Source: a virus
Length of the DNA stretch: 64,000 bases
Direction: 5' to 3' (one strand)
IMG/VR virus record: IMGVR_UViG_3300037743_000151
Location: 7,980-71,979 of that record
Position numbers and translations under genes: made by a program. Below are positions 17,023 through 25,126 of this stretch, one piece after another. Position 1 is the first letter of the stretch. Each line of letters starts with the position of its first letter. The notes beneath the pieces are model-generated. The model saw only the letters and a list, made by a program, of their open reading frames with translations, ran no database searches and was not told where the DNA came from.

Positions 17023-17859
17023 GTGCCTACCAAGGGCTCCATCTACACCCTCACCGATCCGCGCGACGGCACCATCAGGTACGTCGGCAAGACCACGAAA
17101 ACCCTGCCAGAACGTCTCGCTGGCCATCTCGCGTCGCCGACCAACCCAGCCATGCGGCTGTGGATCAACACGTTGGCATCGCAGCGGATGCTTCCCCTCA
17201 TCACCCTCGTGACGACCGCGGCGCAAGAGCGGCTCGGAGCCGAAGAAGAGCGACAGATCAGGAGGCACGCCGGGCGAGGGCATCGACTCTTCAACGCGCC
17301 GTACTACCACCAGCATCTGAACGATCTCACCGCCCCGTCCGCAACCCGTAAGCCGAACGTCGCCCTTCTGTCTTCCGAGTTTCCGACCTCGCTGCCCGCC
17401 TTCTATGAGAAGCAGTACGGGGCGCTCGCCCGAGTGCGGATCACGGAGAAGCGGACTGCTGTACTCGTGGCCGCCATCGTCGCTCTCCTGGCCGTCGGAG
17501 TGGTCGCTTACATGCTCCTGAGGCTCCGGCTCGTTCGTTTCGTTGCAGCCGCCAGCATGGTCGGGTTGTACCTCTCCGGCGTCGGTTTCGATCGGCTCGT
17601 GCGGGAACAGTTGCTGCCCCGTCTGCCGGTCGAGCGGATCGTGGCCCTCTGGGACGCATACCTGGCACATCCGCTGATGCTGGTTGCGCTGCACGTTCTG
17701 GCGGCGATGTACTTCCACGCGCTGAGCGTGTACGTCGACATGCGGCGGAGCCTCCCGAAGGCGGTCGATGTGGGCCCCCCGCGCGAGTTTGGCGCCGTGG
17801 AAATTGCTGCGGCAGCGGCCCGTGACCTAGATCTGGCGGTTTTGGAAGCGAGGCCCTGA
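17023..17859 (+). CDS. GIY-YIG nuclease domain fused to a multi-pass membrane domain
   Basis: GSIYTLTDPRDGTIRYVGKTTKTLPERLAGHL...EEERQIR...LFN, then several hydrophobic helices. Confidence 0.65.
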   Translation: MPTKGSIYTLTDPRDGTIRYVGKTTKTLPERLAGHLASPTNPAMRLWINTLASQRMLPLITLVTTAAQERLGAEEERQIRRHAGRGHRLFNAPYYHQHLNDLTAPSATRKPNVALLSSEFPTSLPAFYEKQYGALARVRITEKRTAVLVAAIVALLAVGVVAYMLLRLRLVRFVAAASMVGLYLSGVGFDRLVREQLLPRLPVERIVALWDAYLAHPLMLVALHVLAAMYFHALSVYVDMRRSLPKAVDVGPPREFGAVEIAAAAARDLDLAVLEARP

Positions 17860-18107
17860 TGCCGTGGATCTACGAATGCCGCGCCTGCGACGCCGTGTCA
17901 CCGGACCAGCACGACCGCAGCGAGGACGCCGAAGCGGAGCAGGAACAGCACCGCACGGACGCGCACGGCGAGCTTGCGCCGGCCGCGGGGGACGGGGTAC
18001 GGCGGGTGCACGCGGAGGCCCGCGGTGACGGCTGTCTACCGGCCGGATCGTGGTGGGCTGTGCTGTTCCTGCTGGCGTTGTTCCTGTCGAACTGCTGGGG
18101 CCGCTGA
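17859..18107 (+). CDS. Small protein with C-terminal transmembrane helix
   Basis: TGATG junction at 17859. CRAC motif; C-terminus WWAVLFLLALFLSNCW. Confidence 0.4.
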   Translation: MPWIYECRACDAVSPDQHDRSEDAEAEQEQHRTDAHGELAPAAGDGVRRVHAEARGDGCLPAGSWWAVLFLLALFLSNCWGR

Positions 18108-18162
18108 CCTGTTTGACAGTGCTGGCAGACTGGGTTCACGCGCCGGGACCGCTCGGCAAAAC

Positions 18163-18199
18163 GAAGGCCGCCAGACTTTCCCCCCCATCTGGTGGCCTT
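18163..18199. terminator. Stem-loop between convergent operons
   Basis: GAAGGCCGCC ... GGTGGCCTTC (one G:U pair). A second GC hairpin (CCCGCCC/GGGCGGG) follows at about 18206-18232. Confidence 0.5.
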
Positions 18200-18238
18200 C
18201 GTCATTCCCGCCCCGCTCGATTCCGGGCGGGGCCTTCG

Positions 18239-18697
18239 TCATGCGGTGGGCTCCTCGTCCAGGTTGAGCGACACCTCTGGCCACGCCTTCCCGCCCGAGG
18301 GCATCAGCGTCGCGGCCGCGACCCGCCAGCCGCGCATCACCACGGTCATATCGCTGGGGTCATCAGCGAGCGCGGCCAGCTCGGGCTCGAAGGCTGCGCG
18401 CCCGCGATGCTGGTAATCCATGTCTGCCACGTCTGCGTCGAGCATGCCGACGAGGCGCCCCGTCCGAATCTCGGCCGCGATGCTCTCGGCGTCCGGGTGG
18501 TCGTCGTCCATGATTCCGGCGTAGCGGATCAGGTCGCCGTCGAGCCATACGCGGTCGATGCGGCCGATGCCGGGTTCGCCGGGGCGGATGAGCGGGAGTG
18601 GCAGGGGTCGATGGAGTGCGGGATGTGGGTCGTCAAGTCGGCGCCCGTCGGCCGTGCGGGTGTGGAGGACGGCGAGGACGCCGGTGAAGGTGGTCAT
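18239..18697 (-). CDS. Prohead-protease-like paralog (homologous to polyprotein segment 39401-39900; putative catalytic residues absent)
   Basis: Internal ATG 18697 overlaps the upstream stop. GRIDRVWLDGDLI, LPLPL, LDADVADMD and RVAAATL align to GRIDKIWRDGSLI, LPVPL, IDADSIADAD and RIRAATL. Confidence 0.55.
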   Translation of the reverse strand: MTTFTGVLAVLHTRTADGRRLDDPHPALHRPLPLPLIRPGEPGIGRIDRVWLDGDLIRYAGIMDDDHPDAESIAAEIRTGRLVGMLDADVADMDYQHRGRAAFEPELAALADDPSDMTVVMRGWRVAAATLMPSGGKAWPEVSLNLDEEPTA

Positions 18698-19221
18698 GCG
18701 GTGGGCTCCTTGCTGGCCTTCGGGTCGATCAGGTCGGCGACGCCGCCGTGTTCCCCGCAACAGCCGATGCCGGTGCAATAGTCGTCGCGGCCGGACGCCC
18801 GCTGCTTCTCGGCCAGCTCGTGCGCGTAGTCGTCGAGCGCGTCACCGAACGCCGACGCTGTGTCGGGGTGCTGGTACAGATGCCACAGCCTGTCACGCGC
18901 GCTCATCCGCTCATGCTCCTCGCTACTCACCGGGCGCTCGCGCAGTGCGGCCACCTCAACCCGCAGGTCGTGGATCACCGTGACGAACTGCTCGGTCGTG
19001 TGCGTGGCCAAGTGCTCTCGCGCTGCGGCATCCGTCTGCCGCGCCTCCGTGAGGTAAGCCTGGCGAGCAAACGAGGTCACGTCGTTGACGTCCAGGGCAG
19101 CCGGGTCGATGGCGGCGCCCAGCTCGGCGAGCCGCTCAAGGCTGACTGGTGGGACGTCGTGGTGCCAGCAGCATTCGAGGGGGCACAGGTAGCGGGTCGT
19201 ACCCGGGACGGTCTCGCTCAT
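18694..19221 (-). CDS. Hypothetical protein (Cys-rich; C-terminal AHELAEKQRA...DLIDP module)
   Basis: ATG 19221 overlaps the upstream stop. Confidence 0.55.
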   Translation of the reverse strand: MSETVPGTTRYLCPLECCWHHDVPPVSLERLAELGAAIDPAALDVNDVTSFARQAYLTEARQTDAAAREHLATHTTEQFVTVIHDLRVEVAALRERPVSSEEHERMSARDRLWHLYQHPDTASAFGDALDDYAHELAEKQRASGRDDYCTGIGCCGEHGGVADLIDPKASKEPTA

Positions 19222-19508
19222 CGGGTCTCCTTCTCGCCCGGACGCGCCGCACCCGCGCCGACGGTCGGGTACAGGTCGGGGAAGGCGAAGCACGCGTCGG
19301 CCACCAGAGCCATGACCGCCGAGTCCTTCGGGCATCCCTCCTCCCGGTCACGCATGAGGCCCTGGACGTAGCCCATGACGGCCGCGTCGTGGAAGAGGCC
19401 GCGTTCCCGGTCGGTGAGGCTGGTTAGGAAGGCGTCGACAGCGGTGGCTCGTTCGGCGTCCCGCGCTGCCAGGTAGGTGATCAGGGGGCCGAGCACGGTC
19501 TCGCTCAT
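19218..19508 (-). CDS. Hypothetical protein
   Basis: ATGA coupling at both ends. Confidence 0.5.
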   Translation of the reverse strand: MSETVLGPLITYLAARDAERATAVDAFLTSLTDRERGLFHDAAVMGYVQGLMRDREEGCPKDSAVMALVADACFAFPDLYPTVGAGAARPGEKETR

Positions 19509-19693
19509 GGGGTGTTCTCCTTGCTGCTTACCTCCCACGAGAAGCGGATCACGACCGCGCCGTCCGATCGTCGTTCCATTCGGGTTTCAAGTCTTCCGAT
19601 AGTGAAGGCGTCGTGCTCTTCCGCCAGGGTGAGCGCCTCGCCGTGGGCGTGGTCCAGGTCTTCCCGCAGCTTCTTCTGTGCTCTCGCGCTCAT
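19505..19693 (-). CDS. Hypothetical protein
   Basis: ATGA coupling at both ends. Confidence 0.45.
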   Translation of the reverse strand: MSARAQKKLREDLDHAHGEALTLAEEHDAFTIGRLETRMERRSDGAVVIRFSWEVSSKENTP

Positions 19694-19947
19694 GCGGTCT
19701 GCCCCTCGCTGCCCACCGGGGGCTGGTGGGCAAGCACCGCACTCAGGACCGCATCGGCCAACTCGTAGATGCTCACCTGGCCGTCATACTCCGGCTCGCT
19801 CGCCCAGGGCTGCGGCGGCATCACGCCAGGCATCTGCGCACCCCAGTCCGCTGCGTCCAGTCGTGTGCGGATGGCGTCGGCGATGTCCTGGCGCAGGCGC
19901 TCGTGGGGGTCGATCGTGCCGTCGGCGCGTCGTACTGGCTCGATCAT
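19690..19947 (-). CDS. Hypothetical protein
   Basis: Internal ATG 19947 overlaps the upstream stop. Confidence 0.5.
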   Translation of the reverse strand: MIEPVRRADGTIDPHERLRQDIADAIRTRLDAADWGAQMPGVMPPQPWASEPEYDGQVSIYELADAVLSAVLAHQPPVGSEGQTA

Positions 19948-20402
19948 CCGCTCGTCTCCTCGCTGCCCACCGGGCGCTCCTCGGGGGACAGGTCGAACCC
20001 CGTCGCCTCCCTCAGCCGCGCCTGCTCCTTCTCCAGCCACGCGTCCATACGCTCGGGCGCCACGTCGTCCCTGACGCTGAAGTCCCCGGCAGGCTCGGTG
20101 AACACCGGGCTGGCCGGGCGCCTGAACTCCGACGGGTCCATGTCGGCGAGGAGCAGCAGGCGTTCCCGGCTCCGCTTGTCCCGCTCCCACCCGTCGAGAC
20201 CCGCGCTCACGATCTCGTTCAGCACCCGCTCCGCCGAGTCGTACGGGATGCCCTCGCGCTGCATGGCGGCCTCCATCGCGGCGAGCATGCCGCGCGTCCG
20301 CTCGATGTCGTTGTGCATGGTCGGGTCGTGGTGGTAGGCGTGACGTGCGCCGGGGCGACGCCTGATCTGATCGTCGATGATCCGGTCCGTGAACTCGCTC
20401 AT
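19944..20402 (-). CDS. Hypothetical protein
   Basis: Internal ATG 20402 overlaps the upstream stop. Confidence 0.5.
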   Translation of the reverse strand: MSEFTDRIIDDQIRRRPGARHAYHHDPTMHNDIERTRGMLAAMEAAMQREGIPYDSAERVLNEIVSAGLDGWERDKRSRERLLLLADMDPSEFRRPASPVFTEPAGDFSVRDDVAPERMDAWLEKEQARLREATGFDLSPEERPVGSEETSG

Positions 20403-20989
20403 GCGGTCTGCTCCTCGCTGGCGGCCGGGCGCTCCGGGGCGGTCGTCTTGCGAAGCCGATCGGCGCGGTCCTTGTAACGCGCGTCCGGCTCGATGCGCTG
20501 GGCGGGGACCAGGATCCGATGGGGTCCGAAGCGACGGTTCAGCTCCCCCCACCGCAGATCGGCGCTGCGGTACCCCGCCATGTGCCGCCACTTCTCACCT
20601 TCCCGACGCCAGCGCCGACGGTTCGGCATGACGGTCACCTCGGTCCCGACGGGAGGCTCAGGCTTGATCTCTGGGCTCAGCCCCTGCTCCGCGAGCGACC
20701 TGCGCCACCAGGGGTCACTCATGTACGCATCGAACTCCGGGCTGAAAGACGGCGACACCGTGATGTTGGTGTTGCACGGGGTACAGAGCAAGCCACGCAC
20801 CGCCCACTGCCCCACCGTCGCGTCGTGGTCAACCACCAAGAAGCCGTGCTTCGTGTCTTGCGGAACCGCGCGACAGATCTGGCATCGGCCTTCGGCATGG
20901 GCCAGGAGGCGGTCGTACTCTGCGCAGTCCATCTGGTACACGCGATGGCTGCATGGGCTCTTGGGCGGCTTGATGTGGTTCATCGTCAT
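20399..20989 (-). CDS. Recombination endonuclease VII-like protein
   Basis: CQICRAVPQDTKHGFLVVDHDATVGQWAVRGLLCTPCN matches the Endonuclease_7 pattern (C..C...DHDH-like...RGLLC..CN). Confidence 0.75.
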   Translation of the reverse strand: MTMNHIKPPKSPCSHRVYQMDCAEYDRLLAHAEGRCQICRAVPQDTKHGFLVVDHDATVGQWAVRGLLCTPCNTNITVSPSFSPEFDAYMSDPWWRRSLAEQGLSPEIKPEPPVGTEVTVMPNRRRWRREGEKWRHMAGYRSADLRWGELNRRFGPHRILVPAQRIEPDARYKDRADRLRKTTAPERPAASEEQTA

Positions 20990-21246
20990 CCCAATTCCTG
21001 CTCGGCGCGGACTTTGCGTGCGGCCTCGACGACTTCTCGGTCCGGCCTGTCCGGCAGCTTGGCGCCGGGCTCGCGGATGTACCAGTCGATCAGCTGCCGG
21101 ATCACGGCGGCGCGCTCGGTGCCCATGGCCTTGGCGGCGGCGTCGAAGTCGTACCAGGTGTCGCCAATGCGGATCTGGCGGGCGGGGGTCTTCGGCACGT
21201 TGGGCGACATGCGCCGACTGTATTCGGGTGTAGCTACCTGCGTCAT
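20986..21246 (-). CDS. Ribbon-helix-helix (CopG/Arc-like) regulator
   Basis: RQIRIGDTWYDFDAAAKAMGTERAAVIRQLIDWYI. Paralogous to 58991..59182. It heads the leftward operon next to the operator array. Confidence 0.6.
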   Translation of the reverse strand: MTQVATPEYSRRMSPNVPKTPARQIRIGDTWYDFDAAAKAMGTERAAVIRQLIDWYIREPGAKLPDRPDREVVEAARKVRAEQELG

Positions 21247-21330
21247 CTCTGGGCCTCTCTGGTGTAGCTACAGAATCTCGGTCGAAGTGCTTGCGGTGTA
21301 GCTACACCCAACTGTACGGTGTAGCTACAC
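21228..21330. promoter_or_regulatory. Operator array: four copies of GTGTAGCTAC(AC), two of them perfect 12-bp palindromes
   Basis: Sites at 21228-21237, 21262-21273, 21296-21307 and 21319-21330 (the last two are GTGTAGCTACAC). They lie between divergent genes. Confidence 0.7.
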
Positions 21331-21365
21331 CCCAAGCAAGGGGTCGAACCACCGAGGGGACCCCG

Positions 21366-21749
21366 ATGACTGCCGCCACCCGCACCCGCCGCAACACCCT
21401 CCGCACCGCCACCCGCACCAACCGCGCCCTCGGCTACCGCACCCTCTCCGGCCACATCGCCGCGCTCGTCGACCAGGGCAAGCTGATTCGCACCAGCACC
21501 TTCCTCGACCGCATCGGCGGTGGCGACCTCCCCGACGGCCAGCAGTCCTGGTACGGCCGCCACGCCAAGAAGGCCTACAAGGCACAGCACGGCGCCGACC
21601 CCGTCCGCGTCTGGGCGCAGCACCGCACCACCGGACGCTGGATCCACGTCCACGTCTACGGCCCCATCGACGAAGCCCTGTACGCCGGCCTCCGCTCCTA
21701 CAAGGCCACCCGCCACCTCCTCGCCTCCTCGTACACGGAGGCCGCCTAG
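21366..21749 (+). CDS. Hypothetical basic protein
   Basis: In-frame ATG 21366 downstream of the operator array. Confidence 0.5.
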   Translation: MTAATRTRRNTLRTATRTNRALGYRTLSGHIAALVDQGKLIRTSTFLDRIGGGDLPDGQQSWYGRHAKKAYKAQHGADPVRVWAQHRTTGRWIHVHVYGPIDEALYAGLRSYKATRHLLASSYTEAA

Positions 21750-21803
21750 ACCAACTCCACGACGCAGCAGACGACTCAGATCGCCCCCTCCGAAAGGCCC
21801 GCC

Positions 21804-22247
21804 ATGCGCTTCCAGACCTGCCGCCGCCACCCCAAGTCTGCCCCCTTCATGGCCACCTGCTCCGGCTGCGCCCAGGAGCTGTACGACATCGAGCAGGCCA
21901 ACCGCGCCCGCGCCGAAGCCGGACGCATCGCCAAGGTCGCCCATGCCCTGGGGTTCCGCAACGGCTGGAAGCCGGACCCCCGCCTCGGCGAGACCGCCAC
22001 CAGCCTCACCACGTGGTCCCAGCACGAGCTGAACGACCTGTACGAGCACGTCGGCGGCACGGTCACCGCCCGCGTCGTGCAGCGCACCGGCTCCGACTCG
22101 ACCTGGCAGGCCACCGAGATCACCCTCACCGTCGACGTGCCCGGCGTCGGCCCGGTGACGGTCTCCACCGACTGGTACGAGGAGTACGGCGGCCGCGACC
22201 TGCCGCTGATGCAGGCCATCCCCGACGTCGAGCTGATCGCCGCCTGA
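21804..22247 (+). CDS. Hypothetical protein
   Basis: GAAAGGCCCGCCATG start context. Confidence 0.55.
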   Translation: MRFQTCRRHPKSAPFMATCSGCAQELYDIEQANRARAEAGRIAKVAHALGFRNGWKPDPRLGETATSLTTWSQHELNDLYEHVGGTVTARVVQRTGSDSTWQATEITLTVDVPGVGPVTVSTDWYEEYGGRDLPLMQAIPDVELIAA

Positions 22248-22373
22248 TCCATGCAGCAGAAGGCCCCGGTCCACCGAGCCGGGGCCTCACCACCGTCCTC
22301 TACCCCGTCGATCTCCCCATCGCCGCCCGCGTCCAGCTCCTCGCCGACGCGCTCGCTGCTTGAAAGGCCCGCC

Positions 22374-22562
22374 ATGCTCACCCAGACCACCGCGCTGCCC
22401 ACCGCTCCCGCCAAGCTGGCCGACCTGCTCCTCGCCCCCACCGCCGACACCAACGCCCTTCACCGGCAGCTTGCCGACCAGATCGGCGGCCGGCCCGCCC
22501 GCCAGATCCTGGCCGCCGCCCACCAAATCGCAGCCGACCGACTGTGGAACGCAACCGCCTGA
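22374..22562 (+). CDS. Hypothetical small protein
   Basis: Start context GAAAGGCCCGCCATGC is identical to that of gene 21804. Confidence 0.45.
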   Translation: MLTQTTALPTAPAKLADLLLAPTADTNALHRQLADQIGGRPARQILAAAHQIAADRLWNATA

Positions 22563-22622
22563 CCCCGCTCTACTGGGGCCGTCGACCCGTCGCGGCCCCA
22601 GCCTCGAACAAGGGAGAAACCC

Positions 22623-22895
22623 ATGTACCGCATCGCCATCGTCCGCAAAGGCCAGGCCGCAGACCGCCGCACCTGCGACGGCCGCGGCGAACTCCGCGAC
22701 ATCGTCTGGGAAGTCATCCGCGCCGAAGGCAGCACCATCACCGACGCCGACCATGGTCCGCTCATGCAGCTCATCGGCAACGCCCGCAACCTCGCGGACA
22801 ACGAGGGGTTCGCCGCACTGGAGTTCGGGACCACCGGGATTACCATCCGTCCCGGCCCGATTCCCGCGCCGACGGTCCCCGGCGGCGGATTCTAA
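22623..22895 (+). CDS. Hypothetical protein
   Basis: GGGAGA SD before ATG 22623. Confidence 0.5.
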   Translation: MYRIAIVRKGQAADRRTCDGRGELRDIVWEVIRAEGSTITDADHGPLMQLIGNARNLADNEGFAALEFGTTGITIRPGPIPAPTVPGGGF

Positions 22896-22938
22896 CCAGC
22901 CGCACCCACCACCCGCCCGACCACCAAGGAGAACCCGT

Positions 22939-23829
22939 ATGGGACGCGAAATCCGCCGAGTACCCCTCACCTTCGATTGGCCCCTCAACAAGGTCTGGGA
23001 GGGCTTCCTCAGCCCCGCCTCCCTCGACGGGGAAAAGTGCCCCGACTGCGAGGACGGCTACTCACCCCAAGCCGACAACCTGCACGCCCTCTGGTACGGA
23101 CACATTCCCTTCGACCCCACCAGCACCGGATCCACCCCGTGGCGCGCCGACACCCCGGCAATCCGGGCCCGAGCCGAACGCAACGTGGCCGACGCCCCGG
23201 ACTACTACGGAAGCGGAGAGGGTGCCATCGCCCGCGAGGCGCAGCGGCTGGCCGACCACTTCAACAGCGGATGGCTACACCACATCTCTCAAGACGACGT
23301 TGACGCGCTCATCGCGGCCGGGCGACTCCACGACTTCACCCACACGTGGACCCGCGAGGACGGCTGGCAGCCCGAGGACCCGCCCGTCACGCCCACCGCC
23401 GCCCAGGTCAACGAATGGTCCCTGTCCGGCTTCGGCCACGACGCCATCAACGCGAGCGTTGCGGTCAGCGCCCGCTGCGAGCGTGAGGGCGTCAACCCGA
23501 CCTGCCAGACCTGCGACGGCCACGCCACAATCGAGGCTTACCCCGGCCAGCGCGCCGACGCCGAAGCATGGGAGCCCACCGACCCGCCCGCAGGTGACGG
23601 CTGGCAGCTGTGGGAGACCGTGTCCGAGGGCTCCCCGGTCAGCCCCGTGTTCGCCACCGCCGACGAGCTGGCCGCGTGGATGTCCGACCCGGAGCGCGGC
23701 GACCGCTGGGTCCCGGCTGCCGTGGCCGCGAATTTCATCGCCGACGGCTGGGCGCCAAGCTTTGTAGGAACCGCCAGTGCAGGTTTCGTGTCGGGTGTCG
23801 AGTGGGTCGGCACCCAAGACGACGCCTGA
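22939..23829 (+). CDS. Hypothetical protein (two CxxC pairs)
   Basis: AAGGAGAA SD before ATG 22939; 296 aa. Confidence 0.55.
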   Translation: MGREIRRVPLTFDWPLNKVWEGFLSPASLDGEKCPDCEDGYSPQADNLHALWYGHIPFDPTSTGSTPWRADTPAIRARAERNVADAPDYYGSGEGAIAREAQRLADHFNSGWLHHISQDDVDALIAAGRLHDFTHTWTREDGWQPEDPPVTPTAAQVNEWSLSGFGHDAINASVAVSARCEREGVNPTCQTCDGHATIEAYPGQRADAEAWEPTDPPAGDGWQLWETVSEGSPVSPVFATADELAAWMSDPERGDRWVPAAVAANFIADGWAPSFVGTASAGFVSGVEWVGTQDDA

Positions 23830-23875
23830 CCCCGCCGTACGCTCGAACCGCCACCACGCAACCAGGAGAACCCGC

Positions 23876-24265
23876 ATGACCGACACCCGCTCATTCGCCC
23901 TCGCCGACGTCCTCTCCATCACCACCCCCGCCCTACTCTCCCGCCGCGGCATGGACGGACTCGGCGACCTCCTCAACTACATGACCGGCGACACCCTCAA
24001 GACATGGCAGTTCCTCCGCGCCGCCGACGAATGCACCGCCGCCCTCTGCGCCCAACACCCCTTCCTCGCCGACCTCCAGCCCCCGCAGGGCCTCGACAAG
24101 CCGGACCTCTACGCGTGGCTCGTCGAAGCCGAACGCACCCACGGCGGCCTGATCCGGGTGACGCCACTCGCCGACTGGCAGCACCAGGACCCGAGCACCG
24201 AGCTCCTCGACCGGATCCACCTCGCGCGACTGCGCACCACCGAGTCCGAGCCGCCGCAGGACTGA
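23876..24265 (+). CDS. Hypothetical protein
   Basis: AGGAGAA SD before ATG 23876. Confidence 0.5.
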   Translation: MTDTRSFALADVLSITTPALLSRRGMDGLGDLLNYMTGDTLKTWQFLRAADECTAALCAQHPFLADLQPPQGLDKPDLYAWLVEAERTHGGLIRVTPLADWQHQDPSTELLDRIHLARLRTTESEPPQD

Positions 24266-24280
24266 CCCCGCTACGCCGAA

Positions 24281-24308
24281 GGCCCCGACCCCTCACGAGG
24301 TCGGGGCC
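24281..24308 (+). terminator. Stem-loop terminator
   Basis: GGCCCCGACC - 8-nt loop - GGTCGGGGCC. Confidence 0.6.
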
Positions 24309-24417
24309 TCACCCATTCCGCCCCAGATCCGTAACAGGAACCCACCCTCCCATTCACACCACACCCACATCCGATAACGTGCCCCATCCCACGACACACC
24401 ACACCATGGGGGGATCC

Positions 24418-25026
24418 ATGAGCCAGCCCTACCCGCCCCAACAGCCCTACGGCTACGGCACCCCGCCACCTCCACCGCCGAAGAAGAACAGCACCGGCAA
24501 AATCATCGGCATCGGATGCGGCGGCATCGTCGGCCTCATCGTCGTGATCAGCATCATCGGAGCGCTCGTCAGCAGCGGCGACGACAGCAAGAGCGACACC
24601 GCCTCCACAGCCACGAGCAGCGCACCCGCCGCCCAGAACACGGACCCCGCGCCGGACAAAACCAGCGAGACCCCCGCCGCCGAGGAGCCCAAGGAAGACG
24701 CACCCGTCGCGATCACCGCGAAGAAGACGACGTTCGCAAAGAGCATCCTCGCCGACAGCAGCAAGTACACCAGCGTCCTCGTCACCATCACCAACAACAG
24801 TGACAAGCCGATCAGCGTGAACCCGCTCTGGTTCACCATCACGGACACCGCCGGCACAAAGCACACAGCGGAAATCGGTGTCGACGAGAAGCAGATCGAC
24901 ACCGTAGAGCTGGCCACCGGCGAGAACATCTCCGGCACCATCACCGGGAAGGGCGCCTTCACTGCCAAGTACGTGACCTACGTCGACGGGTTCATCGGCG
25001 ACCCGGTCCGCGCAGACCTGTCCTGA
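24418..25026 (+). CDS. Membrane-anchored DUF4352-like (Ig-like beta-sandwich) protein; moron candidate
   Basis: Pro/Tyr-rich N-terminus, a transmembrane helix (IIGIGCGGIVGLIVVISIIGALV), and VLVTITNNSDKPISVNPLWFTITDTAGTKH. Alternative start 24406. Confidence 0.6.
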   Translation: MSQPYPPQQPYGYGTPPPPPPKKNSTGKIIGIGCGGIVGLIVVISIIGALVSSGDDSKSDTASTATSSAPAAQNTDPAPDKTSETPAAEEPKEDAPVAITAKKTTFAKSILADSSKYTSVLVTITNNSDKPISVNPLWFTITDTAGTKHTAEIGVDEKQIDTVELATGENISGTITGKGAFTAKYVTYVDGFIGDPVRADLS

Positions 25027-25126
25027 CCGTTCCCCACTGGCTGGCCCGACTCGCGCCCACACAGGGCCGGGTCAGCCCGTGCTGTCTCCGGAAGATCACC
25101 ACCGCGTTCCGGGCCACAATCCACCC

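Noticed and set aside
13507-18107. A complete integrated conjugative element (AICE) inside the phage
   Set aside because: No FtsK/TraB translocase, replication initiator, Kor repressor or second integrase is visible in or next to the block. Only the Spd-like part is present.
25035-25075. Terminator after the DUF4352-like gene
   Set aside because: The candidate stem (GGCTGGCCCG / GGGCCGGGTCAGCC) is imperfect and I could not draw a convincing hairpin by eye.
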